Source: Cenococcum geophilum (Eukaryota). From it: 64,000 bases of DNA. The stretch lies in NCBI GenBank assembly GCA_050273025.1, contig CP158636.1, positions 9,176,001 through 9,240,000 on the forward strand, written 5' to 3'. The position numbers and the translations under genes were made by a program. The notes below the pieces were generated by a model. The model had not been told where the DNA came from. It was given only the letters and a program-made list of their open reading frames with translations, and did no database searches. Every line of letters starts with the position of its first letter. The stretch's first letter is position 1. Positions 12,080 to 25,500 of the stretch are shown in pieces.

Positions 12080-13380
12080 ATGCCCCCTCTTTAGAAAGAT
12101 TATCCCTAATTCTTTATATACCTAGGCCTTAATAAAACCCTTTAAAAACCTTAGTAAGAAAAAAATTAAAGGGGAAAGAGTGTTTTAATTTTATATATAG
12201 AGAGATAGTATAAGGGATATTATTGCGGTTACCTTAGGTTGCTCTAAAAATAACCTTTAAATACCCCTTAGATAGTTACTAGTTATATAATAATATTTCA
12301 TTGCTTAACGTCTAATACGGATCCTACGCGGCCCACGCAGACTACTCCGTCACAGGGGAAAAACTTGTAATTTACAGGAAGAAAAACCCTATAGTTGGGG
12401 GAGGAAAAACCCTATAAGCCACCTCAGTAGGATGAAAAACCCCAGTTTGCCATGTTTGTCTATAGCAGCGGCCCTGCGGGCCTATGGCTACGTCCTGTCC
12501 TCCTTAGATGTTCGAACTCCTTAGGAACCACTGCTTCCTTCTCTAGCTTATCCCAGCTAGGGTTTACTACGTCCCAGCTAGGCCTTGCCAATTAATTGCT
12601 GTACTGTTGTTTCCTATATCTTGGCTATCCCCTATATGCTATCTCTTGTTTAACTATTGCCATATACGCTATACCTCCCCCCCCCCTAGGGCCTATCGAA
12701 GGCGTAAGGGGGATTTATCTATAAACTACCACTATACCAAAAGGCGAGCGGGACGTGTATATATGCCTAGGTATCTTTTACGCCTAGGCCCTAGTTGCTA
12801 GGCCCTCGCCAAGGGTTACTACTCCTTAAGAGGAGATAGGAAAACCGTACGGTGTTGTCTAGGCTGCTAGGTAGTATTTGATAGTTAATGGCGAGTGACC
12901 GCATGCTCCGCGGGCGATCGCCTTGGAGGTTAGGAGGGGCCGTATATTTGCTCGTTGCTCGTTCGTATTTGCTCGTTCGTCGATATAAGAGGTCGTTAAT
13001 GCTTTCTATTGGGGGTCGGGAAATGCTATTAAATGCTATGTATCCATGTTGGATCGTATAGGTGCTTAGTAGGGGAACAGTAATGGCTGTATTGTGAAGG
13101 GGTACCGTCTATAGTGGTTTTTGAGATCTCACCATCCTATGTAAAAACTTTTTACTACGCCCTACGACGTATATAACCACCACCAGGCCCACTAGCACGC
13201 GCTATGCGACGTCTCTGCGTTGGCTCTGAGTCTGAACTTCGAAGACCTAGGTTCGTAGCCGTCACCACGTACAGGTGCAGAGTCCGATTTCGACGGCCGT
13301 TACTAGTTATATACTAAAGGTATATACCTATAAGATATAGTCTCTATAATCCTAAAGGCTTTACCTTTTTAAAGATTTAT

Positions 13381-13793
13381 TGTAATAAAGCCTTATAGGA
13401 AATACTGCGGTAGACTTAATAATAGGCTAGGTATATAGATAAATAAAAAGTTAATAATATAAATATAACTAGTAGAGTATATTACCTAATAGATTAACTC
13501 TAATTATATTTTAAAATTTACTATAAAAAGAAAACTATTTAGGTAGGGACAATAGTCCTTTAAATATATAGTACTGCGCCTAAGAAATATACTAAGTACG
13601 TTAGTATATTAGTACGTCCTACGTTTCTATATTTTTATATTTCTATATTCTAAACTTATAACGTAACTAGCTATATAACTTAGTTACCCTTATTTTATAG
13701 CTTAATTAATTCTAGCGCCTTCTATACTATTTTAACTAACCTATTTATATTTTTTTTAGTAGTGCAACCACTGCTAATATAGGGTATATAATA
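13381..13793 (-). repeat. 3' LTR of Gypsy C
   Basis: Direct repeat of 60788-61208, followed by CTATTTCCCTCCTTTTT (PPT complement). Confidence 0.88.
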
Positions 13794-13901
13794 CTATTTC
13801 CCTCCTTTTTATCTTTATACTTAAAAATATCTCTTATCTTTAAGTTATTTATTAGAGGTATAGTATTCCCATCTTTAATTTAATAACCTTTATTATTTCT
13901 A

Positions 13902-14573
13902 ATACCTTTTCTTAGATCTTTATTTTCTAATTATTATAACTAGCTTATTTTAGTTATTTTTTACTTAGTAAAATTATACTATTATATTCTTAGTGTATGG
14001 AAAAGAAGTTAGTATATATTATAATTATGGCTCCTTCTAGTTTCTAACCTTTCTTTTATACTAAGTATACGCGAGCAAATATATAGTTATCCTGTAATAT
14101 TCAATCCATCTTTAATTCTAAATATATATATCTTATAATTCTTTATAGACGTCTAATACCTTAGTTAATTTATCTTAGGGTCTTATATTTAGTCTAAGGC
14201 CTCTTATCTTAAAGATAAATTAGCCTTAGCCCTTACTAAGGTATAAAAACTTTAAGATGATAGGGAGCGCATTCGCGCTAGGGGGCGGCAAGTATTTAAT
14301 ACTTAACTGGCTGCTTATACCTAGTTAATCTATCTTAAAAAGGATTATAAAAAAGGCCGTTTAAAAAAGTAGAAGTTTATAAAGTAGGGTCTTTATAAAC
14401 CTAAGTAAGAGGAGGCTAAAAAGGGTTCTAGTTTAATAGAGGTAAAAATAACCCTAAATACCTTAGTAGTTAATCCTCTTAGGTCCCCCTTAGGTAACTT
14501 ATTTTTTAGTAATTTTTCCTTATTAATACTTTCTAACTTAATTTCTTCTAATATTCCTTTATCTTTTCTATAG
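13902..14573 (+). pseudogene. Antisense accessory gene of Gypsy C: Zn2Cys6-like protein with coiled coil, one intron (14124-14178)
   Basis: With TAT>TGT restored the frame gives C-x2-C-x6-C-x13-C-x2-C-x8-C (~13985-14095); two Cys codons are still TGT. Intron donor ATATAT (GTATGT after RIP), acceptor TTAG, then a long helical frame. One -1 frameshift near 13960. Confidence 0.7.
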
Positions 14574-14822
14574 CGTTTTTTTTTAAATTCTATAGCAGTT
14601 TCTAGGTAGTCTTATTATAGCCTATCTACTTTACCTTATACTATATTTATTATTAATATCCTTATAACTAATAATCTTTAAAACTTACTATTTATCTTCT
14701 TCTTATTCTCTATATATATCTACTTTATAAACTAGTGGCTTAATATTTCTATATATTAGTTCTAGTACTATAATATACTATATAGGGTAGATTTTTATCT
14801 TAGCTAGTAAGTCTAGCTTAAA

Positions 14823-15016
14823 TGTAACCGACTACCGGACCTTGCATATTACCCTGTTTCACCTGCGTCAGCACTATCCTCATATGTCTCGGATACGTTT
14901 AATATGAGTCATGGGTTCCGGAGTTAGGGGTCTACTTTTATGTATTTATACCACTTGATTTCCATAGATTTACAATTAAGTCGCTTACTTAATTCTTCTA
15001 CACTGCAAAGCTTACA
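14823..15016. repeat. Solo LTR with 5-bp TSD TTAAA
   Basis: TGTAACC...GCTTACA with TTAAA on both sides. Homologue at 35266-35449. Confidence 0.88.
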
Positions 15017-15744
15017 TTAAATATAGCTAGTAAAATCCTTTATATAATTTTAAACGGTCTTAGTTTAACGTAGTCTAGTTTCCTGCTTGTTAACTCTTAA
15101 AAAAATTATATAGTAGTTATTCTTTATCCCCCTCCTTAAGATCTAGTCCCTTAAATCTCTTAATATTATAGTACTTTTTTATTTTATTTTATACTAGTTT
15201 TACTATACTATAGAGGTTTATATAAAGATTTATTAACGTCTTTATCTTTTATTTTAGCTATACTACTTATTTTCTTTACTTAATATAGCTATAATAATAT
15301 TCTTAGTTTATATCCGTAATTTGCCTTAAATAGTAATATACCTATTTCTTTCTATAGTATTATATTATATATAAACTATATAACTAGTAATAGCGATACC
15401 TAATTATTCTATATATAGTTAATATAATGCCTTAAATACTATTCTAGTATCTAGTTAAAATTTTCTATTTAGCTGTCTATCTATAGGTAATACGCGGTTA
15501 ATATTATTATGCGAACTACCTATTCTGCTAAAAATACCTTTTAAAGTACTAATATAAATCTTAGATCTCTATCTAATATAACCTTTATTAGTACTCCGTG
15601 CCTTATAAATACTTCTTTAATATAGATTTTAGCTATATTTTTAGCTAAGATTTCTTTTATATACTAAAAGTAGCCCTATTTAGTAACTTATTTACTATTA
15701 TAAGAATTAAATTATAATCCTATCCGGTAATAGGGTTCTTTAAC

Positions 15745-18700
15745 TATTAGTTACACAAGGTAATATCACGTAGCTACGGTTCGTAGATAGTATAATAATT
15801 GTTATTCTTCTTAAAGAAAGGGGTAAGGAACTTAAGGTTCCTTACTACGCTAGTGCCGCGGCGGCACGTAATAGCAACTTGCCGCACGTAACGGCAACTT
15901 GCTATACGTGACGGCAATATGCCTTATATGGTGACCACTTGCCTTTATTCCCAATACTGGTAACTCTTCTTTTACGGTTGCCATCTATATATATATATAC
16001 CGCTTAACTAGCGAAATAAATATTAATCCTCCTCCCTTGCTATTGCTATTATAATATAAGTCTTATTAGTAGGGCCGCTAAAGCGCTAGCAGTAAGCGAG
16101 CGAATAGCGATTTTCTATTCCAGGGATAGAAAATCCTAATTAGCTAGTTTAAGTTAGGGTCTATAGAATATTATACTCCCCCCTCTAAAAAAGTCTTGGT
16201 AAGAGAATCTAACTAATTAGATAACTTTAACCGCTGGTTAAAGTTTCTAGACATCTTAAAACCTTACATAACTAAGAAATTTCTAAGGACTCCCTTTTAA
16301 CCCAACCTTTAACTTATACACGTAGAGTATTTATATTAATAAACGTCTCTAGTGCCTTATTTGGGTTTGCCTTCGTTATTATATTTACTAGGTTATCTTA
16401 GCTATTAATCTATTAAATCTTAAAGAGTTCTTAACGCTTATAGGACTGCTAAAGTGCTATAATATTAATTATAAGGCGCTTCTCCTTTGTAGTACTAAGC
16501 TTAACTAAATACTTATAGAGGGAATATAAGTTAGTGTATATAATTATAGGGATAATAGGAAGTTTAAGCTAATTTATAATTATCTTTAGGGTAGTTCTAA
16601 TTGTAATTACTATATTAACTCCGCTAACTATTCTATATATCTCTAACGCCAAAACACTTTAGGTAATACGCTTGCTTTTAGTTAAGCTCTAATAGATAAG
16701 ATTGCCATAGATTGTAAAGTTATTCTCTCTAGTAGATTTGTTCGCGATAATAATCTTATATCCTAATTAGGAGCTAAAATCTTTATTATTTATAAACGAT
16801 CTATTAATAAATATAAAGAGCTTAGTGGTAGGAAGGATAATAGGTATATAGAGTAGTCCCTAATTAAGATAGTTTATTTACTAAAAAAGACGCTTATTTA
16901 GGGCAAAGATATTATCCTTAGTTAGTTCCTAGTATTAAGCCGTAATAAAGAGATTAAATAAAGCCTTAGGTTAATAGATAGAAGTAATATAAGCTCCGCG
17001 AGTATATTGCTCCACATATCCTTACTTTAGAGAATTAACATTAATAACATTAATCTTCTTGCCTTAACCCTTTTGGCGTAAAGTAATGGAATTCTTATTT
17101 AGGGAGAGGATGCATCTATTAAAGAGTAATGGTGTTATTAAATTAAGCTTTACTATAAGATTTACCTTTACTAGCTTATCCTCTTTAAGAGCTAAGAATT
17201 AGTTGTCTCCTAAGATAATTATATTATTAGTTTATATACTAACAATTCTAAATAGGGTTTCTATAGTTATAATAAGGAAGCAGGGATTAAATATAGAAGT
17301 AGTTATTAAAAGCTTCTCTTTATAGTGCTTGCTGTAGGTAGCCTACTAGTAAGTTCCTACCTTTACGATTTTATATAATAGCTTAAGCATAACTATAATT
17401 GTATCTTTAGGATACTAGTGGCGAATTTGCTTTAGAAGGTATGCTAATATTAAGCGCTAAAGGTGCGTCTCTAATTAGGTGTAGGCTTAAGTAATATCTC
17501 ATAAATAAACCGCCATTCTATTCTTTATTAAGGAGGGAGCTAATATAATAATAACTCGCTAACTAGCTTATTAAATTATAGAAGATTATATAAGAATTAT
17601 CTCTTTACTATTATTATTATAACCTTAAATAATAAGCCTTAATTTCTTAAATAGGGCGTTAGTAGCCTTACCCTTAATCTTATTAACTATCCTTAACTTA
17701 AAGATGCAAACTTTATCAAACTTAATAGGGTTATACTTCTTAAATTTAAAGACTCCTCTTATAATAAGACCGTCGATCTTTTACTTGTTAGATACTTAAA
17801 AAAAGCTCCTAGGGTTATAATACGACCTTCCTTTTAGAGCTATTTTACGAGCTTAAAGTTAGCCTTCTTTTTAGCTGTTATAAAGGCTATTAATAACTTA
17901 ACTCTATTTTTAATGGCGGCAATAAATTGTTCTTTAAAATTAATAAGATATTTATAATTTTATAATCCCTTTAGGCGACCTCTACCGCGTTATAGTTATA
18001 GTGTATCTATTATAATTGCATTAGGATTGTAGTCGCCTTCTAGAGGACATTAATTATAGTTCTCCTTTAGGGCATCTTCTAGGGCATCCTATAAAGGCTT
18101 AAAATTGTTATCTTTATAATAAGGCTTAATAATAGTTAAATGGAATTAAGTGGGTTTATAAGGCATCTAAATAGTATAAGTTTAACCATTAATTATAATA
18201 AGTTAGTATGGGCCTAACTATCCTCGCCTTTTACGCCATATGTGTACTTTAGACTAAAGTGGCAGATTAAGCACAGTTAAGGTATTTAGGCTATTTCTTA
18301 TTCCTAGTGCGTTATTAACCTAGCATATAGCATAGAGATATTACACCTCCTTTATTGCCTTGCGAATAGCCTTAGCTTATTATATAATAGAGGGAGATAG
18401 TAAAGAATCGTTAGTTATTTAAGGGTAGGCGCTAAAGACTAGTAATATAGGTACGAGTTTATCCAAGCTAGTAGAATCGTTAATAGCTTTAACAGCTATT
18501 TATAAGGTAAGTTTTTTACTAACGTTTTTTAGTTCTAAAGAGATAATCTTATATACGCGGTGTAATAGCGTATAATATTATTCCACTTTTTTAATACTAT
18601 TATATGCCTTAACGGGGACTTCCTTAACCTTAATTGCTATTGCCTTTATCTATAATTGGAACTCTATAGATAAGAAGTTCCTTTTTATATTATAGACGAT

Positions 18701-21700
18701 TTAATTAGGGGGTTCTAAATAGATATTAATTTAGTATAACTAAAGGGTATCCTATACGTTTCTAGCTAATATATCTTTTAAGAAACGCGCGGCTTAGAAG
18801 GAGGTTAAGAAGTTAATAACTTAGAGTATTAGCTTTCCGCTAAAATATATAACATTAATAATAATATAGAAGTTAAAGTTATAGTTATCCTTAAGGGTAA
18901 ACTTAAATCGGCTAGGGGACTTCTGGTTTATTTAGTAGTAATAGCAGTACTTTATAAGATACTTAATTACCTTAACCTTAACTTTATAGCCTACTTGCTA
19001 AAGAACCCTAAGTAATTAATAAACGGATAGGTAGCTAAAACGACGGTATAGTTGGCGTAATTCCAACTTAGTTAAGTGGCTTTAAGCAACGCTCTTTTCT
19101 AGTTAATAAAGGAGCAACTAGGGGTAATCCTACTTGCGCATAATAGGTACCCAATTATCTCCCTAAATAAGTATATTCTTAAGGTTATTAAGCCTAACGC
19201 CTAATTAATTTATATCTTTAATGTAAAATAGAAATGGGGTATTTATAGGAATAATATAGAAAGTAATATATCTTAAGGGGGTTTAGACCCTAATTATGCC
19301 GAGAGAGATTATAGTACCTTTACTAAAGCAAATTGTGTATTGGCCTACTATTAATTAGTTAATCTAAATAAAGCTATTAAGCTGCTAAAGAGCTTAAACT
19401 TAAGGTTCTCCTACTATAGATACTCCTGCGGCTCCTATATCCGGCATAATACTATAAAAGACGTACGCTAAGTATCTGTTATTAAAGGAAAACGCGGAAC
19501 TCTCCTTTAGCTTATTAAAGATATCTAATTTTATAATAAAATAGAGCATAGATTGATTATTAAGGACAGTAACGGTTTATATACTATCTACCTTACCATA
19601 CTTAGTAAAGTATTGGTTAGGGGAGTAGTCCTTAATTTCTATATCTATAAGGAGCTATTTAACCTTATTAACCTTACCCTTAAGATCTTCTACGCCTTTA
19701 TATTAAACTAGGAAGCTTTAAAAGTAGGCCGTAATAACCTCGCGATTTCTAACATTTTTTATACTTTAACGGAACTTATTATATACCTCTTTTCGCTTAT
19801 TAAGGGAGTGTCTAGTTAACTAGTAATTTGGCTTTTTATAAACGTAGTACTTCTTCTAGTAATTACTTCGAAATAAACCTCTATAAGGACCTCCATAATT
19901 ACCTTATAGTTAACATTAATTATACCCTTTACTATATTCCCTACCACGGCCGCTATATATTTAATTAGTCTAGTTATAATTATATTTGTTAGAAACGCTT
20001 AGTTAGGTAGGGCTTTTAGTATAAAACTATTAAGATTCTTATATTTATATTATAGTACCTATAGCGGAGCGTAGCTTAGCATATACTCCTTTAAATGTAT
20101 CTATAGGTTTATATAGCGCCAAATTATACTTAAGAACGCTATAGCATGCTAAGATAACCTAGTCCCTTAGGCTGTTCTTATTTTAGTAGGTTTTAGTAAG
20201 GCCATATTAGATTTTCTAAAGTTTATTAAAGAGTAATTAAAGACACTCTAAATAAGTCTTTATTAAGTTAGAAGTAATAACTCTCTAGAATATAGTCTTT
20301 CGCCATTTAGATATATAAAGTTAGCGATTTTTATTAGTCTTAAAGTGGGCTCTAGTAAGCTAAAGCATTATATTAAAGTTATAGTTTTTACCCGTAATAT
20401 GGTTATAATAGAATGTTACTGCCTATCCCTTTAATATAATAGAGAAAGCGTAATAGTACTAGTGGCGTTAAATTCTAACCTTATTGCAACAGTTATAAAA
20501 GACCTATAGTTTTGCTCTAAGTATATTATATAGTTCTCCTTTAAACTTTTTTTCTTTATCCGAATATACCTTTATTAGATTTATAACTTCTTATAGTAGA
20601 GGCTTATTAGTTGGCTGGAGTAAAGGAGGTAGAGGCGGAGTAACTTTAAATAGGAGAGCACCTCTAGGTGGGGGGTTAGCGTTCTAGGGGTTTTAATATA
20701 AATTAAAGTTACCTTCTAAAGAATATAGGTTGTTTTTAGGTTTCTATAGTTAACGTATAATCTTAGCTTTCGTCTATATTAGTTCTTCTATACTAATAAT
20801 AACGGCCTAAATATTGCTAGCAATTGGGTTACCGTTCTTAGTAATATATACCCCATTCCTATAAAGGAAGTCTTAAAAATTCTAAATAATATTAACGTTG
20901 CTAAGTGCCTAGGTATTAGTAGTCCATTCTATAAAATCCTCCCTAAAATACTCCCATAGTTGTGAATTGGTATAGTATTTATTTTGGTAGAATATAATAT
21001 AGTATACAAGAAAGCCGTTAACTTGTTTTGCGGTATAAGTTATTATATTAAAGGCGAATTCGTCCTAATCTTTATTAATAAGTTTTATATACTTAGCTAC
21101 CCCTAGTAGTAAGGAGTCTTTCTAATTATTTAAAGTAGGCGTAGCTATGTTTTTGGAGGGAGGGAAGTGTTATTAGTATAGGGATTATCGTTTAGTACGC
21201 GTTTATAATGTATATTTATTATTTAGTATACGTTTGTTATTTAGTACGCGTTTATAATATATATTTGCGGTTATAGGGCTTAAGACTAGTTCTGGCCTTA
21301 AATCGCGAAAACTTATAAAGCGTGTTGTTTTACGTAATAGACGCAAGAATCCGTAATCTTAAAAAGGCTTAGGACTAGTTCTAGCCTTTAGATCCTTAGA
21401 TTTATAGAAGAGTTTTATTTAAGGTTTAGGACTAGTTCTAACCTTAAAAGACAGCTTCCCTTAGCATAAGTAGCACTGATATAGTAGCTTATCTCTTCTT
21501 AGTGAAATACCTAGCTGTTCTATAGTATAATAGTGAAGTTAACTACTAATTAGTGTTGGTTATATAAGGTGATATTACGTAGCTACGGTTCGTAGATAGT
21601 ATAATAATTATTGTTCTTCTTAAAGAAAGGGGTGAGGAACTTAAGGTTCCTTACTACGCTAGTGCCGCGGCGGCACGTGATGGCAACTTGCCGCACGTAA

Positions 21701-21765
21701 CGGCAACTTGCTATATGTGACGGTAATATACCTTATATGGTGACCACTTGCCTTTATTCCTAACA
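15745..21765 (-). mobile_element. Full-length Ty1/Copia copy 2, TSD TTAAC, inserted in Gypsy C integrase
   Basis: 212-bp LTRs 15745-15956 and 21554-21765; TTAAC at 15740-15744 and 21766-21770. Its pol is the reverse complement of copy 1. Confidence 0.95.
16094..16245 (-). ncRNA. Candidate structured RNA module in Copia 3' UTR (copy 2)
   Basis: Reverse complement of 5318-5469. Confidence 0.5.
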
Positions 21766-22596
21766 TTAACTTTAATAACTTTATAATAAAGTCCTATAAT
21801 ATTATCTCCTATAGACGTTTTAGTATTTTTATAAGTTATAGCCCATATATAGCCATACCTTATTAGTTTATTTCTTTAGTAATTTAGATATTTCTTTATA
21901 ACTTATCTTACTAAACGCTAAATTTCTTAAATAATATACTCCTTTTAGAGTCTTAATACTAAGCCTATAGCTCTATTATATCCCTATATTATCCCCTATA
22001 GAATTCCTTAATAAATTCTTCTATAATACTCCTTAGCATATATATTACTTAATTTTTATATTACTTTAAGTCTAGACCCTTATCCCATACCCCCTAGATT
22101 TTTAGGACTATATACTATCTAATGCCTTATAGGTTTATTCTTCTTATATTACTATAATCTTCGGATAATTATATCTAATTAATCTAACTTTATCTTTTTA
22201 TAATATAGTTCTTAATAGCTTCTTATTATTTTATAATTTAGCCGTTTTACTTAGCATGTCTACTCTTATATTTTTAGTGCCTTTAGTATACTAAATTTTA
22301 AAATAGTATTCTATAAGCATCTCTGTCTATCTAACCTATTTATATAAAAAAAATTAATTATTAGAAATCCCATTAGGTTCTTATAATCTATTTTAACTAT
22401 AAATAGCTTCTTTATACTTTATAAGAATGCTCTTTATTTTTTAAATACTATAACTATACTTAATAACTCCTTATTATAGATATTATAGTTTAGTTCTAGC
22501 GGTATTATCTTTTAACTATAATATTTTACTAGGTACTATGCGTTCTAATACTTCTATAATAAGTATACTCCTAGTATAAAGTCTAATACGTCTATT

Positions 22597-25500
22597 TGTT
22601 ACAGGACACCCCCGTAATACCTTATACACATTTACCTATTTCTACTAACTTAGTAATTAGAGACTAACTGTAAAATGGCAATCTAATGGCAATCTAACGG
22701 CAATCTAACGGCAATCTACGGCATTCTGCTATATTCTACCAAGTTCCACTAAATTCTACTAAGTTCTGCTAGGACTATAACCTAAACCCTATTCTGCCCT
22801 ATATACGTATTAACTAAGTAACTAAGTTAACAATATATACCCTTTCTTCCCGTTTTCCTACCTTTTTTCCTTATACAACGTCTTAACTTCCTTATATAGT
22901 TTATATATATAGCTTAATAATATCTACCTTGCTATATACGGAGGTGCGTTTTAAAAGTCTTTGCCGGCCCTGCCTAGGTTGAGCCTAAAGAGCCCGTATA
23001 TAGCCGAAAATTGGGCGCATTCTAAGCCGGTTCTAGGGGACCTTAGGCGCCATTGGGCGGCTTCTAGCCCGTTGCCCTACCAACCTTAAGGCAGCCACCG
23101 CCTATAAGACCGCCTAATAAGGGGCGGCGAAGACTTTTGAAACGCACCTCCATATTATTATCGCTTATACTTACTCCGTAATACTATATTACGTTAACTA
23201 CCTATACTACTGTTAATATGTAGAACAAACCCAAAGCTCCTATAATAACCGCTAGTATTATATTTATACTCTAAGAACAATTAGTAGAGATATAGAAGTC
23301 TTTTATAGACGCCCTTATATAGAACTAAGCTACTTTAAATTAATAATAAGCCGAATAAGAAGCATGATACCGATAATTAATTAAGGACCTTTAAGAAAAA
23401 GTCCGTACCCTTAAGATGCTCACGCTAGGGCCCTAAGATTAAATACTATCTTTAGAAATAAACACGTGGAACAAGAGTCCTAAACCTATAATAGTTATCC
23501 ACCCTATACTAACTACTATACTAAAACGATCTAAACGACTATTAGATCCCCTAGTATTTACTAGTAAATAATAAAAACTCTAATTATTCCTAAGCTAGCT
23601 TAAAAATAAGCTAACTAGTAATGCTAACCGTTACCTAACTAAAGCTAACTAACTCTATTACGCCCTAAGTTGACTAGAAGAAAAGGCAGCTAACTTTATT
23701 AAACCTCTTTAGCCAAACTTAGTATAAAGCCTAGTTGTACTTCTTAAAGCCTTATATAGTAATCTAAACTACTAAGCTACTACTTAAAGAAAGATAAACC
23801 ATATAGCTTAAGGAACGAAAAGTTTCCTAGTATACTTCTCTAAATTTAACCGTTATATAAGGGAAACAGGCTAGAATAACTCCGCACTAATTAATAGCCT
23901 TATTAAATCTCTAAGCCCTAAACTAAAAACCTCCCTAATAGGCGTAGACCTACTAGGAGCCCTTAATTCCTATATAAACGTTGTTATTAAATAGTATAAT
24001 AATATACTATGTCTAACACCAAAACACGCTCCTTAATATAATATAATAGCCCCGTAAATGTCTACTAAGTTATCTTAGCTTAAGCACCCTAACGCTATAG
24101 ATATTAACACTAGGACCCTAGGATATACCCTACTAGGGTCCTCTAAATAAGAATGACGCATTAAGCTAGGCCTCTGCTTTAAATATAAAAGTAACTCCCA
24201 CTTCTCTAACTACTACTCCGCCCCTTTTTAAAAAGATCTATAAATAGTTAATACTAGTAGTCTACTGCCCTAATCCTCTAGCTACTGTCCCTAATCTTTA
24301 TCTAGCTCCAGCTTAATAATTAGTAAGCACTATTTATAAGGATAAAGCTCCAAATAACGTCCTATAAGAACCCCACCCTAATTACCTCTAAAAGGAAGGT
24401 TTTAGAGCTAAGTCGCTCTCTAGGACGGCTCTACTATAGGATCTTATTAAATATATTTAACGTTATGAACTCTAACTCTTAGGACTATAGTATAACTATT
24501 AACTGCCGTCTTTAGCAGAATAATTAATAGGCTAATGCTCGAATCCTAATTAATACAGGAGCTAGCGGCATAGGATTTATTAATAAAATCTTTACGTAAG
24601 ATAATAGTTTTACCCTAACCCCCCTTAACCGGCATATTAACGTATTTAGATTTAATGGTAAACGTACCGTCTTAGGCTGTATTACCTACGTAGTATTCCT
24701 AAGACTCTAATACCTAAACTATAAAGAATTAATTAAAATTTTCATTACTACCCTAGGTTACTTAGTAATTCTTAGATAACCCTAGATAAAGCTATATAAG
24801 GTAACTATTAATTAAAATAACCTTAAGCTTCTATTTACCGCCTTTTATTATAAGCAGAAGTGCCTTATAACCTACTGCTTAGGCCTAAAGCTAAAATCTA
24901 AAAAATCCACTAAAATCCACTAGTCTAAAATTTCTATAACTGTCTACCCTATACCTAAGGAATTTACTAGATTCCACTAGCATAAGAATTCTACCGAATT
25001 CCACTAATATAAGAATTCCGCCGACATCTACTAAGGATCCAAAAACTCTACTAAATTCTATAAGTTATTACTAAGTACTATACCGCCCCGAGCTAAGTAG
25101 AAGCTTAAGCTTAATATATAAAAATACTAGAAGGGCTAGTATTCTACTATAAAAAAGATTCTTAAAGAACCCGAACCTAAATTTAATATTAACTCCGTAC
25201 CTAATACTAAACCTAAACCTAAATAAGAAACTATGGATAATCTAAGTAAGCTTAGCACCCTAGATATCCACATAATTAGAGCTACCCCACTAGCGCGACT
25301 TGCTAAGAAACCCAAATATATAATCTTTGCTATTACTATAGCTAATATTAAGAAGGCCTTAGCACCGAAGAAGCACACTAACCCTGCTATAAAGGTACTA
25401 GTAAAGTACTATAACCACATAAAAGTATTTTTATAAAAGGAAGCTAATAAGCTACCGGAACACCAATTATATAACTATAAGATTGTACTTAAAGAAGGAA

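Noticed and set aside
10409..12080. Track ORFs 10409-10627 and 11835-12080 as duplicated small genes
   Set aside because: They coincide with the two family F LTRs, use non-ATG starts and show no domain.
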